A stretch of 64,000 nt of DNA from assembly GCA_029953675.1 (NCBI GenBank), contig JAMWBK010000002.1, positions 992,001 to 1,056,000 on the forward strand, in the 5' to 3' direction. Positions 48,702 to 61,666 of the stretch are shown one piece after another (position 1 is the stretch's first letter; each line of letters starts with the position of its first letter). The notes under the pieces are model-generated. The model was not told the DNA's origin. It did no database searches and saw only the letters and a program-made list of their open reading frames with translations. This stretch comes from Rhodosorus marinus CCMP1338 (lineage: Eukaryota > Plantae > Rhodophyta). The translations under genes and the position numbers were made by a program.

Positions 48702-50087
48702 ATGATTGCAGACAGGTGTGGCAATATTCTTGAACCCGCGTTTGTTTGGTCTTGTTTCCGGTTTTGTTTTCGGGACAGAATTCGTGTTGCTAGGGTTAAC
48801 CCTCAAGGGAGGGGCTATCGAGCGCTGAGACGACTTCAGGAGAACGAGAAGGAAAACTCGGAGAACTTCTTCTTCGCTTTTTCCAATGCGAAGGAAGTTG
48901 TAACTAGCCTAGATGAACGACGCAGACTGTGGGCGGAGGTAAGCAGGGCACTCTTGCGCCTGGCCTGTTCCTCCTCCTTCAAGTGCACGAAAATCCGTCG
49001 AAAGAGACGGGTTGTAGACGTCCAGTATGTTTCTGTAATGGGCTTTCGGACTACCCACCTATTTTATTATTGCCTTTACTGTAACTTCATCATCTGATGA
49101 TCTTGATGTGGGGGGGATGTGGCCCAACTTTTTTACGTTTTGTAGATTCTGTCCATGGAAAAGTACTTGGATAGGCTCGTGCAGCTCGAACGCTTCGCAG
49201 AAGCTGCTGAAGTACGAGATGAAATCAGAGGGTTAAGGAACAGAGACCTATGGGCGATCCTTGAAGCGGAGCTGAAATGCGCTGTCCAAGAGGAGCGATA
49301 CCTGGATGCAGCCAGAGTAAGACTGGACCGGGTTCGAAACTCAGTTCTGGACGTTTCGGATATGTTTGCTTACTTTTGATTTTTGCTGTTTAATCTTCAG
49401 ATTCGTGACGAATTGAAGCTGGTGCCTCCGCCTCCCGGTGTGGAAGCGGAATGTGCTTCCACAGACGAACTGCCTCCGATCAACGCGTCTCCTGCGAGCG
49501 AATGCGTAAGTGAAGGGATAAGAGTAGCAGCACAGAGTTTTCTACTTGAAGAAGAGAGCAGCCCACCAGATAACACTTTTGTATTTGGCTACAAGGTGGG
49601 AAAGCAACACATACCAGGAATCCCAACGCAGAGCGTGTCGTATCAATGTATTGCAGGGGATCTCAGTGCCACTGTTCGCCCTTCCATCTTGCTACGAAAG
49701 GTTGTAATAGCGAACGAATCTCTACGCACCGTACAGCTTGTTCGGAGACACTTGCGGATTAGGACAGAATCCGGCACTGTGGCAGAGTTAAATGGAGTCG
49801 GAGTAATTGGAAGGCAGCCAGTCCTGACTCCCAACGAAAAGTTTTCGTACACATGCATGTGTCCATTGATTGCTTCAGAGGTAAGCAGAGCCACACACAA
49901 TGGTGTGTGATATGGCTTGTTTTCTTAACCCCGCACACTCTACGAAAATTTGCAAAACTGGTTCTAGGGAGGCAAAAGCGGCACCGTACTGGGGTCCATG
50001 AAGGGCTCATACGACTTTGTCACTGGAAACGCTGGGCTCAAGACCTTCCAGGCAAGGGTACATGAGTTCTTTCATATCCTTCCATAG
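48702..50087 (+). CDS. Protein with tandem UVR motifs and an ApaG (DUF525) domain
   Basis: LVQLERFAEAAEVRDEI and AVQEERYLDAARIRDEL (UVR-type coiled coils), then FVFGYKVVIANES...VQLVRRHLRI...GVGVIGRQPVLTPNEKFSYTCMCPL...GSMKGSYDF...ARVHEFFHILP*. The start codon is uncertain. Confidence 0.85.
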
Positions 50088-51839
50088 GGATTCTGGAGAG
50101 TGCGAAGGAAGTATTCACGTTTCACGATCTGTAGCGAACCGAAACCCTCGAATTGGCTGCCCGCCGGGGGGAGGAGGAGAACGGCACCTTGAAGGTCCTT
50201 TGTAGTGTTCCTTGGTCGCTGACCTGTCCTCTACAGTCCGCGCTACGATTTGATGGAGACCTATGAAATATCTCGAGAGCACAGTAGGATAAGAGTAAGA
50301 CCAATGTACCGAACAGCCAGGAGATCGCGCATTCACTAGCCCTCCCAGACAAAGAGCTGATGGGGCTGCAATAAAAGTTTTTCCAGAAGATTTTAACTCA
50401 GATTCTCCTCATTATCAAATGGGAAGCCTGCACGCAAGCCTTGAGATACTTCAGCGTCCAGATTTTCATTGAACGACCGCCCCTACCCTTGCGAAAGTCT
50501 GCCCAAAGTCTCCTACTTTCGAGCAAGACAACCCGGAAATGACAGAAAAGAAACGACCGTTCTGCTCCGCCCATCCCACCCCTCCACGCCCACATCAAAA
50601 GAGCGCAAAAAGATAATATCCATATCCAATGCACTCCTCCTCCGCCACTCTCTCACCGCCCCCCCCCCTCCCTCAAAAATTCAATATATCCATCCTCAAT
50701 CTTTTGCCATCGACCATGTCTTTCTACCCGATCCCCTTTTGTTTTCTGACAATCATCTTCAACCCAATAAAATATTGCGGATTACATTTATATATTAAAA
50801 AAGACCAACAAAATCGATCATCGCGAAGCACCACTATCCCCCCCCCCTCGCTACCCCACCCGCGACTTGCTCCCTTTTTCCATTCGTCTGTTTGCGCCTG
50901 TCACGCTCCTTCACGAAGAGATTTTTTTCTCGTTTCCATTCCGTTCATTCATTGGCTTGTTATTTTTATTTACCATTCCACTATAATAACAACCAATTAA
51001 AAGTGTGATGATACGTCAACAGACAAATTCTTCCACTATTCTGAAACTATTTTCCCCAATACATTTCTCTTACATGGTCGTGGGGGCTCTTGACGGGGAA
51101 AATTAACAGCCCCCCATATTCCATATTTTTCACTTAAAAAAGGCCGGAATTCACCTGCATCCTGGGAAATTGTGGCCCGGAGCATTGATTTCAGGGAAGG
51201 CTATAAGAATATTTCAATAAACAGTATTTTGACACGTGTAATAAAGATGGAGATCCAGCTCGGAGATCAAGAAACCATCAGCAAAAATGATAAATTAATA
51301 AGAAGAAATTGGAGATGAGGTGAATGGGATTAAAAAAAATGAGGAGAACCGTCCTGGATTCACAAGGGGGGCTATGACGTGTGGCACAACTTGATTGGAT
51401 AAAGGGGGGTATGCTTTAAGCAGAAAAGGATTGTTTTCTTTAGAAAAGCGATGGCATTTTATGCTGAGATTCAATAGTTTGGGGATGAAGATTGCACTTT
51501 TTACGCGTTTAGGGTGGGAGGGTTTTTGTTGGGGAGTATTGGATAGAAGGGGGCGGGGGGAAAAAGGGGTGCAAGGGAAAAGGCAACTTTCCGCTTGGTA
51601 AATAGATACAACACTATTACTACTGGAGAGCCCGTAGTGTGGGGAGGGGAGTGAGAGGGGAGAGGGTTTGGAGGAGTAGCAGGTTGCTTTGTTCTGCTAC
51701 CTTTTGGCTTGTTTGGGGACTCTTTTTGCCCTTTCTTTGTTTGTCGTTGAAGACTTCGTGACTGCCTTGGTCGAGGAGTGATATCTGATCTTGTCGGTGA
51801 GGGGCGAGCAGGGAGTGAATTTGCGGAGGGGTTTAAAGG

Positions 51840-54050
51840 ATGATGATGATGAGACCAATGTTTGATGAGTAAGTGCTCGAACAGCAGGTTTATAGTTGTA
51901 CCGCATATGCGGGGCTTTTACCGATTTGAGGTCGCCATGAAACCTGTACCTGTATGCTGATACCCTCAATCGCTTGAATGTTTCTATTGAATTCTAGGGG
52001 TGTCAAGGAGGCGCAAAGTATTGACGAGCTCCTCGCGCAAATTGACAAAACTGATCTTTTGAAGGTGGGAATCACTGCCCTGTGTAGAGATCTCGCTCAA
52101 ACCTATTTCTTATCAGAAATACTGCTCTACTCAAACCCGCAGGAAGTTAATTCGGAAGATTCCTATGCAGTGAACGTGAAAATTGACGAAGTCCTCTCAC
52201 TCATTGATAGAACTGACATTGTCGCGGTATGTAGAACATTGAAGCTCTTTGTTTCAGCTGGTTTCTGATCATAATTTGGTATTTATTCGAACCTCCCAGG
52301 ATGTAGAACCTGAAGAAGCCTATGCGGTGACATCGGAAGATGAAGCGGAACTTGAAAGGGCATATGCTATCCCAAGGGCTCAAAAGTCCTACAAAATTGC
52401 GATGTTTTCGTGGGAATCAATGCATTCTATTGCGGTAGGGGAGGTCGCACCTCACCTCACGAACATTTCATCCGCTCTGGAGAAGAAAGGCCATGAAGTC
52501 CACATGTATGTTCGCACCGGGAAGGATCAGTCTGCGTATGAGAACATTGAGGGGGTTCATGTACACCGCGTGAGCTTCGAGCTCTGTGAGAACTTCGTAC
52601 AGGAGGTTGAGAACATGGTGAGTCAAGGGAATCTCATGGCCGCAATATAGCGCCCGCGGTGATCCGCTTGGTTACTCTGACACATGCTTGTCTCTGTATC
52701 CTACAGTGCAATGTAATGGTTACAGAGTTCTTCAATACTGAGAGGTTTATGGGTTCCCAATTCGACATTGTTCACTGCCACGACTGGCTCGCAGCACCAG
52801 TTCTGCTCAACTTGAAGAAATTCCACGATCGATATTGTGTCTTTACAGTCCACTCAACCGAGTTCGGACGCTGTGGGAACAACTTTTACGGAGGTCAATC
52901 GGAAGCCATCCGCGGAATAGAAGCCGAAGCAATCAACATCGCAAACAGGGTCATTGCAGTTTCAGGAGTTCTCTGTGATGAGGTAGGAAGGAACTAGTTG
53001 AGTTTGATTTCGTCCGAATCCCTGAGCTATTTCTAATGCGTAGCTTGGTCTTCCCCTTCGTCGATCTTCTAGCTTAAAGAGCACAATCAGTTCGACTGGA
53101 GGAACCTGAGGTGTGTCCCCAGCGGCATTGATGTTCTGCCATACGACGGCGAATTGTGGGACCCTGCCTACATCCGTGGCTTTTACAAAGTAGGACCACT
53201 TGATCCAATGGTTCTCTATAATGGCAAAATGGTGGGTGAGAAAGGTCCGGATATATTGATCGATGCAGTGCCCATGGTAAGCCTACAGCGAAGAAAAAAC
53301 AAGGTTGGCCTTTGTGGTAGTATCGAAAAAACAGTGATAGCTCACCTTGCTGTGTGTTCCTGTGTTGCAGCTCCTGGCATCTCGTCCGGATGCGAAATTT
53401 GTAATGGTCGGTGATGGATACATGAAGGACGAGCTGATTGGTCGATGTGAGTCAATGGGCGTTTCTGGATCTGTTGTCTTCCCTGGAGCACTGACTGGGA
53501 GACAGCTTATTGAACTGTACAAGACGACTGATGTCGTTTGCATGCCGAGCCGGAGCGAGCCTTTTGGAATGGTTGCGTTGGAGGCCTGGGCTTCTAGTAA
53601 ACCTGTTGTCGCCACGAATTGCGGTGCTCCTCGAGAGTTCATTACTCACGATAACGATGGTAGGACATTAGTCTTCTATTTCTGATGGTCATGCAGGCTG
53701 CCCGTACAGAGCCTCACGAATGTTTTCTCAACCACTTCGCAGGTTTCGTTGTGGACGCGAACCCAGAAGGCATTGCGTGGGGAGTGGGAACCATTTTCGC
53801 AAATTTCGACCACGCTAGGTGGATGGGCTCACAAGGACAATTGAAGGCATCGAGTGATTTCTCCTGGGTTAAAATTGCGGAGAAAACTAACGAAGTGTAT
53901 GATGAGATGACTGGATTTGTTCCGAAGAAGATTGGCCGGGTGTCTGCAGTAGCTTCAAAAGCGAAGAAGGCGGAGAAGAAGAAGAAGAAGCAAAGGAAAG
54001 TGCAGGAAAACGCGGCGGTTGCGTTTTTGTCGAAGATGGTCGGAGCTTAG
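51840..54050 (+). CDS. GT4-family (GT-B) glycosyltransferase with acidic N-terminal repeats
   Basis: KIAMFSWESMHSIAVGEVAPH, VHCHDWL, FTVHSTEFGR, GEKGPDILIDA, VCMPSRSEPFGMVALEAWASSKPVVAT. Lys-rich tail; multi-exon. Confidence 0.9.
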
Positions 54051-54739
54051 TAAGGTGAATCTGCCTCCAGCGTATCGGCCGCTCGAAGGCTGGAAGATTC
54101 GATCGGATTGTTATTATATTGCTTTAAGGTCCGAATGAGAGACACGCGCTGTTTGCTCCTATCGTTTTTATTTGCGGTTAGTAAGGGGTGTTGTTGTCAG
54201 GTCTTACGATTACTGTGGGGTTCTGGCTGTGTGCTATGCAAAGTAGCTTAGTGATAATGTATTGAATTTTAAGACAACCAAAAAAGGTCCATCGCTTCTG
54301 CTATTCTAGAGCTCGAATTTTTCGCGTCCATCTTCGGAAAGTTGTTTGAGCGCTTGCGATGATACGCACACCGTCGTCGGCTGCTGCTTGTGGCAGGGGA
54401 CAGAAGCCCCGTCAGAGTTCATCTGCCGGGGCATGACCAACGTCCAAACTGTGAATCACTTGTTGAAATGATACCTTTCTCTCCTGGTAACGCTAGTCCG
54501 CTGGTTTCGATGGCTCAGCGCTCCTCTCAGAAGCTAGCCCAATGCTGGCAAAAACGGCGTTTTGATAGGCTCATATCTACCCACAAACTGAAAATCATTG
54601 TGGTTTTCTCTCTGGTGTGATCATCTATGCGCTTGGAGTTGAGCAGTGATTCCATGAAGGATAGCTGAATATTCGAACACCAATCGGCTTCTATCGTTCA
54701 CATTCGTGTTGCTTCCAGTACTCGCGGTTATCAATATCA

Positions 54740-55960
54740 TCAACGAGTTTCAAACTCCCATTCACTAGAGAGAAGAACATCAGACATTTCAGGGCTTTCC
54801 AAATAGTTCCGACTGGCTTTGGGAAACCGTCTGCTGAACTCCATCTGAGCAGCTTGCTGCGCGGCTGGGAAGAGGCTGTCAGGAATAAGTGATCGGCTTT
54901 CCAGCAGGAAAGATTGTACAAAACTCAGATCTATTGCCGTTGGTTGATGGGACAGAACGAGTGACTCCGTCAAATCGATGACAAGGAGGCGTCCGGAGTC
55001 TGTGTCGAGGAGAAACTTAAGACAAAAGGCACGAGGAGAAGCGCTTTGAGAACGTTAATTTGCAAGTATGGTAGCTTCGGCCCAAAAGAAACATCGATTC
55101 ATGTACCTGTAGATCGACACAGACGATGCCTTCGCACAGCATGGCACCGACCGTTTCACCTATCGCTTTTGCTGCTCTCGCCTTGATGGAAGGGTCCATT
55201 GTATCGAAGAGACTGCCTGTCAAGTTTCCATTGGCTTCCGGGTAGTACACGGCCGCAACTACTTTCGAACCCGAAGGAGATGCATCAAGGAGCCTGATGG
55301 GAGTCTCAATGTTTGGAACTTTTGCTGAACTGAGCCGTTGGATAACGTCAAACTCTAACGCGACCTGCCTCCAGGATTGAGCAGAACTAATCTAAAGCGA
55401 GCATACAGAATGGTTTCCATGCTTACTTTAGGGGAATCGCATATCAAAGCAGCCTCCAAACAACCAAAAAGCTAGCCAAAGTGTCCAAATGTCTTTCCAG
55501 ATACCTTTACAACGAAGGGTTGATCACCACCTTCACAGGTCGCAGCGTAAACCACTCCAGACCCACCTCGTCCGAGAAAACGCCAGCTTGGCACCGAAAA
55601 AGACGGCGCACATAGATCACAGGAATTCTGAAAGGGAGTCCACTCCTTCGGCGCGGGTGCGGTTGCTGCCAGAAGGGAACCTTCCCCGAGAGCCATTCCA
55701 ATCCCCCTCCCCATACCAATGCATGAGACGATGAAGTCGCGGCGCTCGAGCGAGCATTGTGATAAGCATCGCTTCCGAGGAAGCAAGCAGGAAGCTAGTA
55801 GGAACCCTGACATGCCGCATTTACCCCTCGCACGAAACCGATCCAGACGGTTCCTTAGTTTTAGTGACCTTAACACCCGTTGTGGCAGTACCGGTAGCAA
55901 CTCGCTGACGAAGGCTTCGTTGACGCACGATCGGCTGAGGACACCAGGAGAGAAGCACAT
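54740..55960 (-). CDS. Protein-kinase-fold protein with a degenerate catalytic loop and a predicted plastid/thylakoid signal
   Basis: FLGRGGSGVVY (Gly-rich loop), FVVK (VAIK Lys), ALEFDVIQRL (helix C Glu), VCVDLQ, LLVIDLTES, short C-lobe. N-terminal ERRDFIV followed by a hydrophobic stretch. Start is at 55960 or 55813. Confidence 0.65.
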
Positions 55961-57459
55961 CGCTTTTGAGTGGGTCGACTTGCCAAGTGGAAGCTAAGGT
56001 AGTCTTAGTGACTCTAAGCAATATCTCCAAGAACAAACTTGGAAATCTGTTGCAATCGCCCGCTAGAGGAGGCTCAGACGACATCAGTGAAATTATTCCT
56101 TCCGCGTCGGTCTCAGTTTAGGCCCCGCATATAATCCCCGAGGCTCTGAGCTTCTTAAAGACGTGTTTGAGCCTGTAAAGCGCAGATATCTTTTTTGGAG
56201 CACTAGGAACGTGACCTCCCCCACACCCCCAAAAGAATTGTAGGTTGCGGACTTCTCTCTGAACTAGCTGGTGATGAACTTGGGTTGTGAGACTGGCCAT
56301 TCCACGGCGAGCCGAATCTGGAAGGTAATAGAGACTGTGCCGAAAAGGGTTGCTGGTTGAGAAAAAGGAAAAGCACTACCTCAGTAGCCTAGTAACTTTA
56401 CTAGTCCTTGACGTAATCCTGGCGTCCTAATGGTTAATTTTGGGTGCCCTGAAGTCGCCCGTCGTGAAGCCCGTAAGCGCTTGGCAAGAGTTATTTTCAA
56501 ACTTTCCCTGTGATGAGCTTGGCAGTTTGCTTCCAAACGGTTGCGAGAACGTGAGTATATCTGGGAAGATCCAATCGCCTAAAGCTACTTTATCAGAAAA
56601 CTATGGCATCCCACTTCACCACCTTTCATTAGATTTACCTCTCGTTCCGAAAATAGTGATAGTGTTGTGTCGAACAGCGTACAACGTCGTTTCAATCGTT
56701 TCCAACCAGCTACTCACCGGCACATCCTGTGACATTAAGGATCTCAAAGTCTAGATAGTGTCTACTCCCACTTCACAAAGGCAAAGTCGTGAAACCAAAC
56801 CACGAACCAAAACCCGTCGCAATTATTGAACCATCCTTTGATTCTACCAACCAGCATGGAGCCAGCCAACCCACAATAATCCAAAAGACTCAAACAGATC
56901 AAAGCTCGAGTCGGAGGAAAACTCTGTAGTAGCGATCCAGGAGAGTAGCAATCCACTCAGAACATCTCCACGTTCATTGTTTTGCAATTTCACCGAGGCG
57001 TCCCTTACCACCAGTGAAAGGAAGAACCTTCCAGCCTAAGCTCAATCAAAACCCCTCATAATGACTAATCCATGGATTGGTTGACTTGGTGCTGATCGCT
57101 TTGCTGGCAATATACTATATGCCAGGGACGCGGCTTCTGATTGTTCGCGGAACGACGAAGCTTCTAATTAACATATGATTTTACCTGAAAACTGATCACA
57201 TCCGTCTGTACTATGTTTCTGCTACCCACCGTTTCTCTGGTATCCGTTCTGTCTTCTTACGGTGGTGTGTAAGCTCCTCGTGACCAGTCTTAAGAGGGCT
57301 TGGCAAGGGGGGAGTTTTTGGTCTTTCCGGCTTGACGGAGAGAGAAAAATATTATATTACTGATTGTACACTTGGATCTCTGCCTGAATCGTCAAGGATC
57401 GTCCCTGGGGGCTTGAGCTCTGATGTTCATCTGCGCAATTTTCTCCGCCGGGCCTCTGA

Positions 57460-58755
57460 TCAGGGAATGTATTGTGCGGAATGCAAAGAGTTCTGCATTC
57501 TGACCCGGTGGTCTTGGCGCCTTCGTCTCGAGACCAGGACTGCGAACAGGGTAGCGATTCCAAAGGTGAGGAACAGCACTCCGATGAGCAGTCCTGCCTT
57601 CGTACCCAGCGTCAGAGTTGCTATTGCCTCCACCCAGTCCTTCGCCAAGGAGATTAGAATTTCGATGGTTATCAGGCCGATGATCACCATTTCTAGGTCC
57701 GACGAATGCTTGAACTGAAGTTCTTGGCTCAAGAGATCGTACAATTCTCTAACCATATCGAGCCGCTTGAATAAAAACTCTGCCCTTTGTCTGACGTCGA
57801 GATACTTTGCTGCTGCCGAATACAGCCATTCGTGGGTCTCGTAGTCCCAGAAGTAGTCAGGCGTATCCAGTAAGTCTGCGTACAGGTAGACATTGTGCCT
57901 ATCTAAGAAAAGGCGCCCCACGTTCTTTTGCACGTCTCGCCTAGAGGCGGATATTTTGCCGTTCATGGCTAGCTCTTTTGGCAAATATCTAGTCTCCATA
58001 ATAGTTTCCTGGACAGATCTCTCAAACGTAGCCAGTTTAACACTCTGAGCGAGCGCATGAGACAGTGCAAGCCGTTCAAGGATCGTCTCCTGTTATTTAG
58101 AAAGGTGATTGATCTCAATCAGCTTTGTCTGAAAGCTTTCAATGTTACCGTTGAGCTGGAGACTCACTTCACTGTCGACGCCAATGGTCAACTTCACGGC
58201 TTCGTTCGTGATTCCCGGCGTGGAGTCGTACTCATACCGAAACTCATCCCCCTCCGGCTCCCTTAGCGGGGAAAGTTGGAACCTCTTCAAGTCCCTGAGC
58301 ATGACCTGTTCGCTGCCAACGTCCATGCCCCATATTACAACAGAACCATACGGGAATACGAACACTGACTCCTCGGATCGTTCTTGGTTTCTGAAATGGA
58401 CTGAATCATCGAAGGTGAGGACCTCAGCTGACGGCTCCCGCTTGAGGAAGTCCACGACATCCTCCAAATCAAACTCCTCGCACGTACAATAGGATCCAAC
58501 CCTCCCAACTTCGTCAGCAGTTACCCTCCTCGACCTTTGAGATTTAAGTCTCCTCTGCCTGACCGAAGGACCACCACCACTTGAACTTTTGCCTTTAGGT
58601 CCGTCTTTGCGATACCCGTCCCGTGATTTTCCACCCCCCTGATCAGCAGTTCCCGAGCTCCAAACCTCACCCTTGTTAACCGGACGACTGGACATCACCA
58701 CACAGCGCCGCCGACTTAGGAATCCAGGACTTGTAGCAGCTACAAATAAGGTCAT
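57460..58755 (-). CDS. DUF155 (RMD1/RMND1/YagE family) protein with C-terminal TM helices
   Basis: YCTCEEFDL, VFVFPYGSVVIWG, LALSHALAQSVKLATFE, LLDTPDYFWD, YLDVRQRAEFLFKRLDMV, LEMVIIGLITIEI. One intron at ~58074-58168. Confidence 0.9.
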
Positions 58756-59629
58756 CGTCTACAGAATTTGGCGTGCTGCCAAAAAAAAAAAAAAAAAAAA
58801 AGACCCCAAAACAGCAACCCAAAACCTCCAAGCTCCCCAGACAAAGGCACACGACAAACCTCCGTCTGTACAACCTAGCGCGGCAGGCTCTCCCTCCTCT
58901 GAGGATAAACTAAACGTCTCCTCGCCCTCGCTTCCTACTGTCTCAACACCTTGCCCACTCGTTCACAATAAAACGTGAAACAAATACACAACCCCACCCC
59001 CGATTTCCCCAAGAAAACAAACTTCCAACCATACCAGACAGCAGAAAATAGCACGTAGGCCTATTTGAACCCATACCTAACAACCCAGAAACGCTCCTAG
59101 TTGACCATGGCTACCCCCATTCCATCCACCCCAAAGACCTCCCCCATTGTCACTTAGATTTCTTCGAGACGAGACTTTGTTCGCGACCTTTATCCCCATC
59201 CTCCGTACAATGATTGAATACTTCATTTAATTATTGAAATTAAAATAATATAATGACTGATTTGTCAGACTCGGGTCTCCTGGTGGTTGCGGGTTGTAGC
59301 TTGTGGAGGCTAGTGGAGGCTTGTCGAGCCCTGTAGAGAAGCATTAGGAGGTACTTAATAAGCTATGGTCTGGAAAAAGCGTCTGATCCTTCCCCTTTTG
59401 GGCCTGAGAGTTTCTCTCATGCGTTTGGCGCCTTCCGCAGGGGGTTTCCTGTTCAGGAATTGGACGTGACTTGGAGAAGAGGTACCTGGAAGAGCATATA
59501 TGCTTTTCGAAGTGAGGCAATCTAGTGACTGAGGAAGAGCGAGAACGGCATGTGCTTTCAAAACCTAAGTTCGCTCAGACACCGTGTCATATGTAGTGTG
59601 ATCCCTGGGGCTTCAGTAGGGTTTTGGCC

Positions 59630-59660
59630 ACCATCTTGGCGGGTAATCCGCCAAGATGGT
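59630..59660. repeat. Perfect 13-bp hairpin, 5-nt loop
   Basis: ACCATCTTGGCGG-GTAAT-CCGCCAAGATGGT. Confidence 0.85.
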
Positions 59661-61666
59661 CGACCTGTACAGTGAATTTTTTTTTGGACGGATCGCTTGT
59701 GCGATTTTGAGTGGTAGAGTAGAGGATTAGGTTTGGAAGGGAGGGAAGGTCTGAACCGAATGGTGACTGTCAGCAGTTGTTGCTTATAGCCACGCTTGTG
59801 GGTTCTATCTTGGAGAATGGGCTCAAACATCTTCAACTCCAGTGTATGATTGCTTCCATTTGCTCCGGACGGATTGCTGGACGGAGTGGACTGATGTAGT
59901 AGAGGATTTGCTTCGGCATGGATGAAGATCCTGAATAGAATGGTGATCCTCAGCTGAAATTATTTGTCGTCCTCCGCAGGTTGCTCTTCGTCACTTCGCG
60001 TGAACGGTTGTCATGAATCTCAGCCGGGGGGGGGAGGGCGCATCTACTTTCGCTCGCGAGCTTAACCTTTCCCAAGTGATGAACCCGAACGTATCCGAGC
60101 TGTCCCACACCAAAGTCGGATTTCAGCGGGAATATCATCAGCCCAAGATTGCCGTGGGCAAAATCCGATTCATCATCTCTCCCATGTCCTATGCCGCCAT
60201 CGAATCCCTCCCTCGAATCTCAACGGAAAACTCGGAGACAATTGATCTCTCCGTTTTTTCATTCTCTCTTCTTCGAGCCACCCTTCGAGTTGGACAACGG
60301 ATAAGGATTCCCTTTTCCGAATGCGACCAGTTCGAGCATTCAGCCGTCCCTACGCCGATAAGGGAGTCTGTTCAGAAGCAATGGAAGCTATTCTAAAGCT
60401 TCTTTTGCCCCTCCCTCAATCCTGCTGCCAGTCGCGCAGCGCGAGCCGCGGAAAGGCGCCGTATAGCGGAAACTCTACTAGCCGACGTTAAGCAATGGCG
60501 CCCTCAAAAAAAAATCTACCCCATCCAAACATGAAAATTAGATACGTATATCGTATATATGACAAAGTATTTAAATTAAGAAAACTTCTTTAACCAAAAT
60601 ATTTCTTTCATTAAACAACAAACGATACTACCCTAATTACCCACTTCCCGACCGTCCGCCACCTGAAATCTGGATTCTTTACAGATTTGGGTAGAAACAT
60701 TCCAGAAATATCTTTTTTCCTATTCGGAAGACGATTAGTGGCCAATAGGGGAAGATAATAACTTATCCGAAACCAATGATCATACAAGATCTATTCCCAG
60801 GGACCAGTTATTTCTTAACACACGCCATGTCCCATCTTAAACGGAGAATGATTTTTTTTTCTCTTTTTGATTACCTAATGCATTTTTTTTTCCGCGAATT
60901 CCCTTGTCATTGTCCAACCCACGCCCACCCACGCCCACCCACCCCTCCTTCTTTCTCTCAATATCCCCATACGTACCAAAATCTATCATAAGACACGAGA
61001 AAAATGTACATCCTCGTTTTTGAATGCTTCTGGAAAGGCCTTCTAGACGGACCCGCCTCACGCTCGGGGGCAAACTACCCCTAAAACGAAAACTTTTACG
61101 GCATATCTCAGATATTGTCCTACAAGCACATGCAGAGGGATTTTTTTTTTGAATCCAGTTTCCTGAAAAATCCAGGAAACCGTTTTTCAATCCAAAACAA
61201 TTCAGTCAAAAAACATAAAAACAATATTTTAAATATTTATTAGATACGAGTAGATTGATATTCAATCACAAAACGATTCAGGATATTTTGCAACGGTGGG
61301 GGGGGGTTTCTACATACCTTTTTCTTCGTGGAGATCGAGGCCTTGATATTTTTTTCTTTTTTCTTGTTTGTCGTTCGTACGTATGGCCCCCAACGATGAG
61401 AGTCGTTATTTGCTTTTTTGAGGCAGTTGGCTCGATTTGACTATTTTTCTTTAAAAAAAAAATTTTCCTCAATGGAAAGAGTGTCTTTTCCTGGTCAATG
61501 GCTTCGTCCGATCTGGAGGGTATATAAAGGCGGGGATATGCTGGGGGATGGTGTTTTAAGGGTAAGGAGAAGGGTGCGAGTAAAGTTGCAGTTGTATGTG
61601 TGGGTGCTCTTTGTGTAATTTACTGTTGTTTGTAGTGTGTGTGTGTGTGTTTATTGTGTGGAAAAA

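Noticed and set aside
58781-58801. Poly(A) run here and a (GT)n microsatellite at ~61635-61650
   Set aside because: Ordinary simple repeats in 5' flanks, with no TSD or retro-insertion signature.
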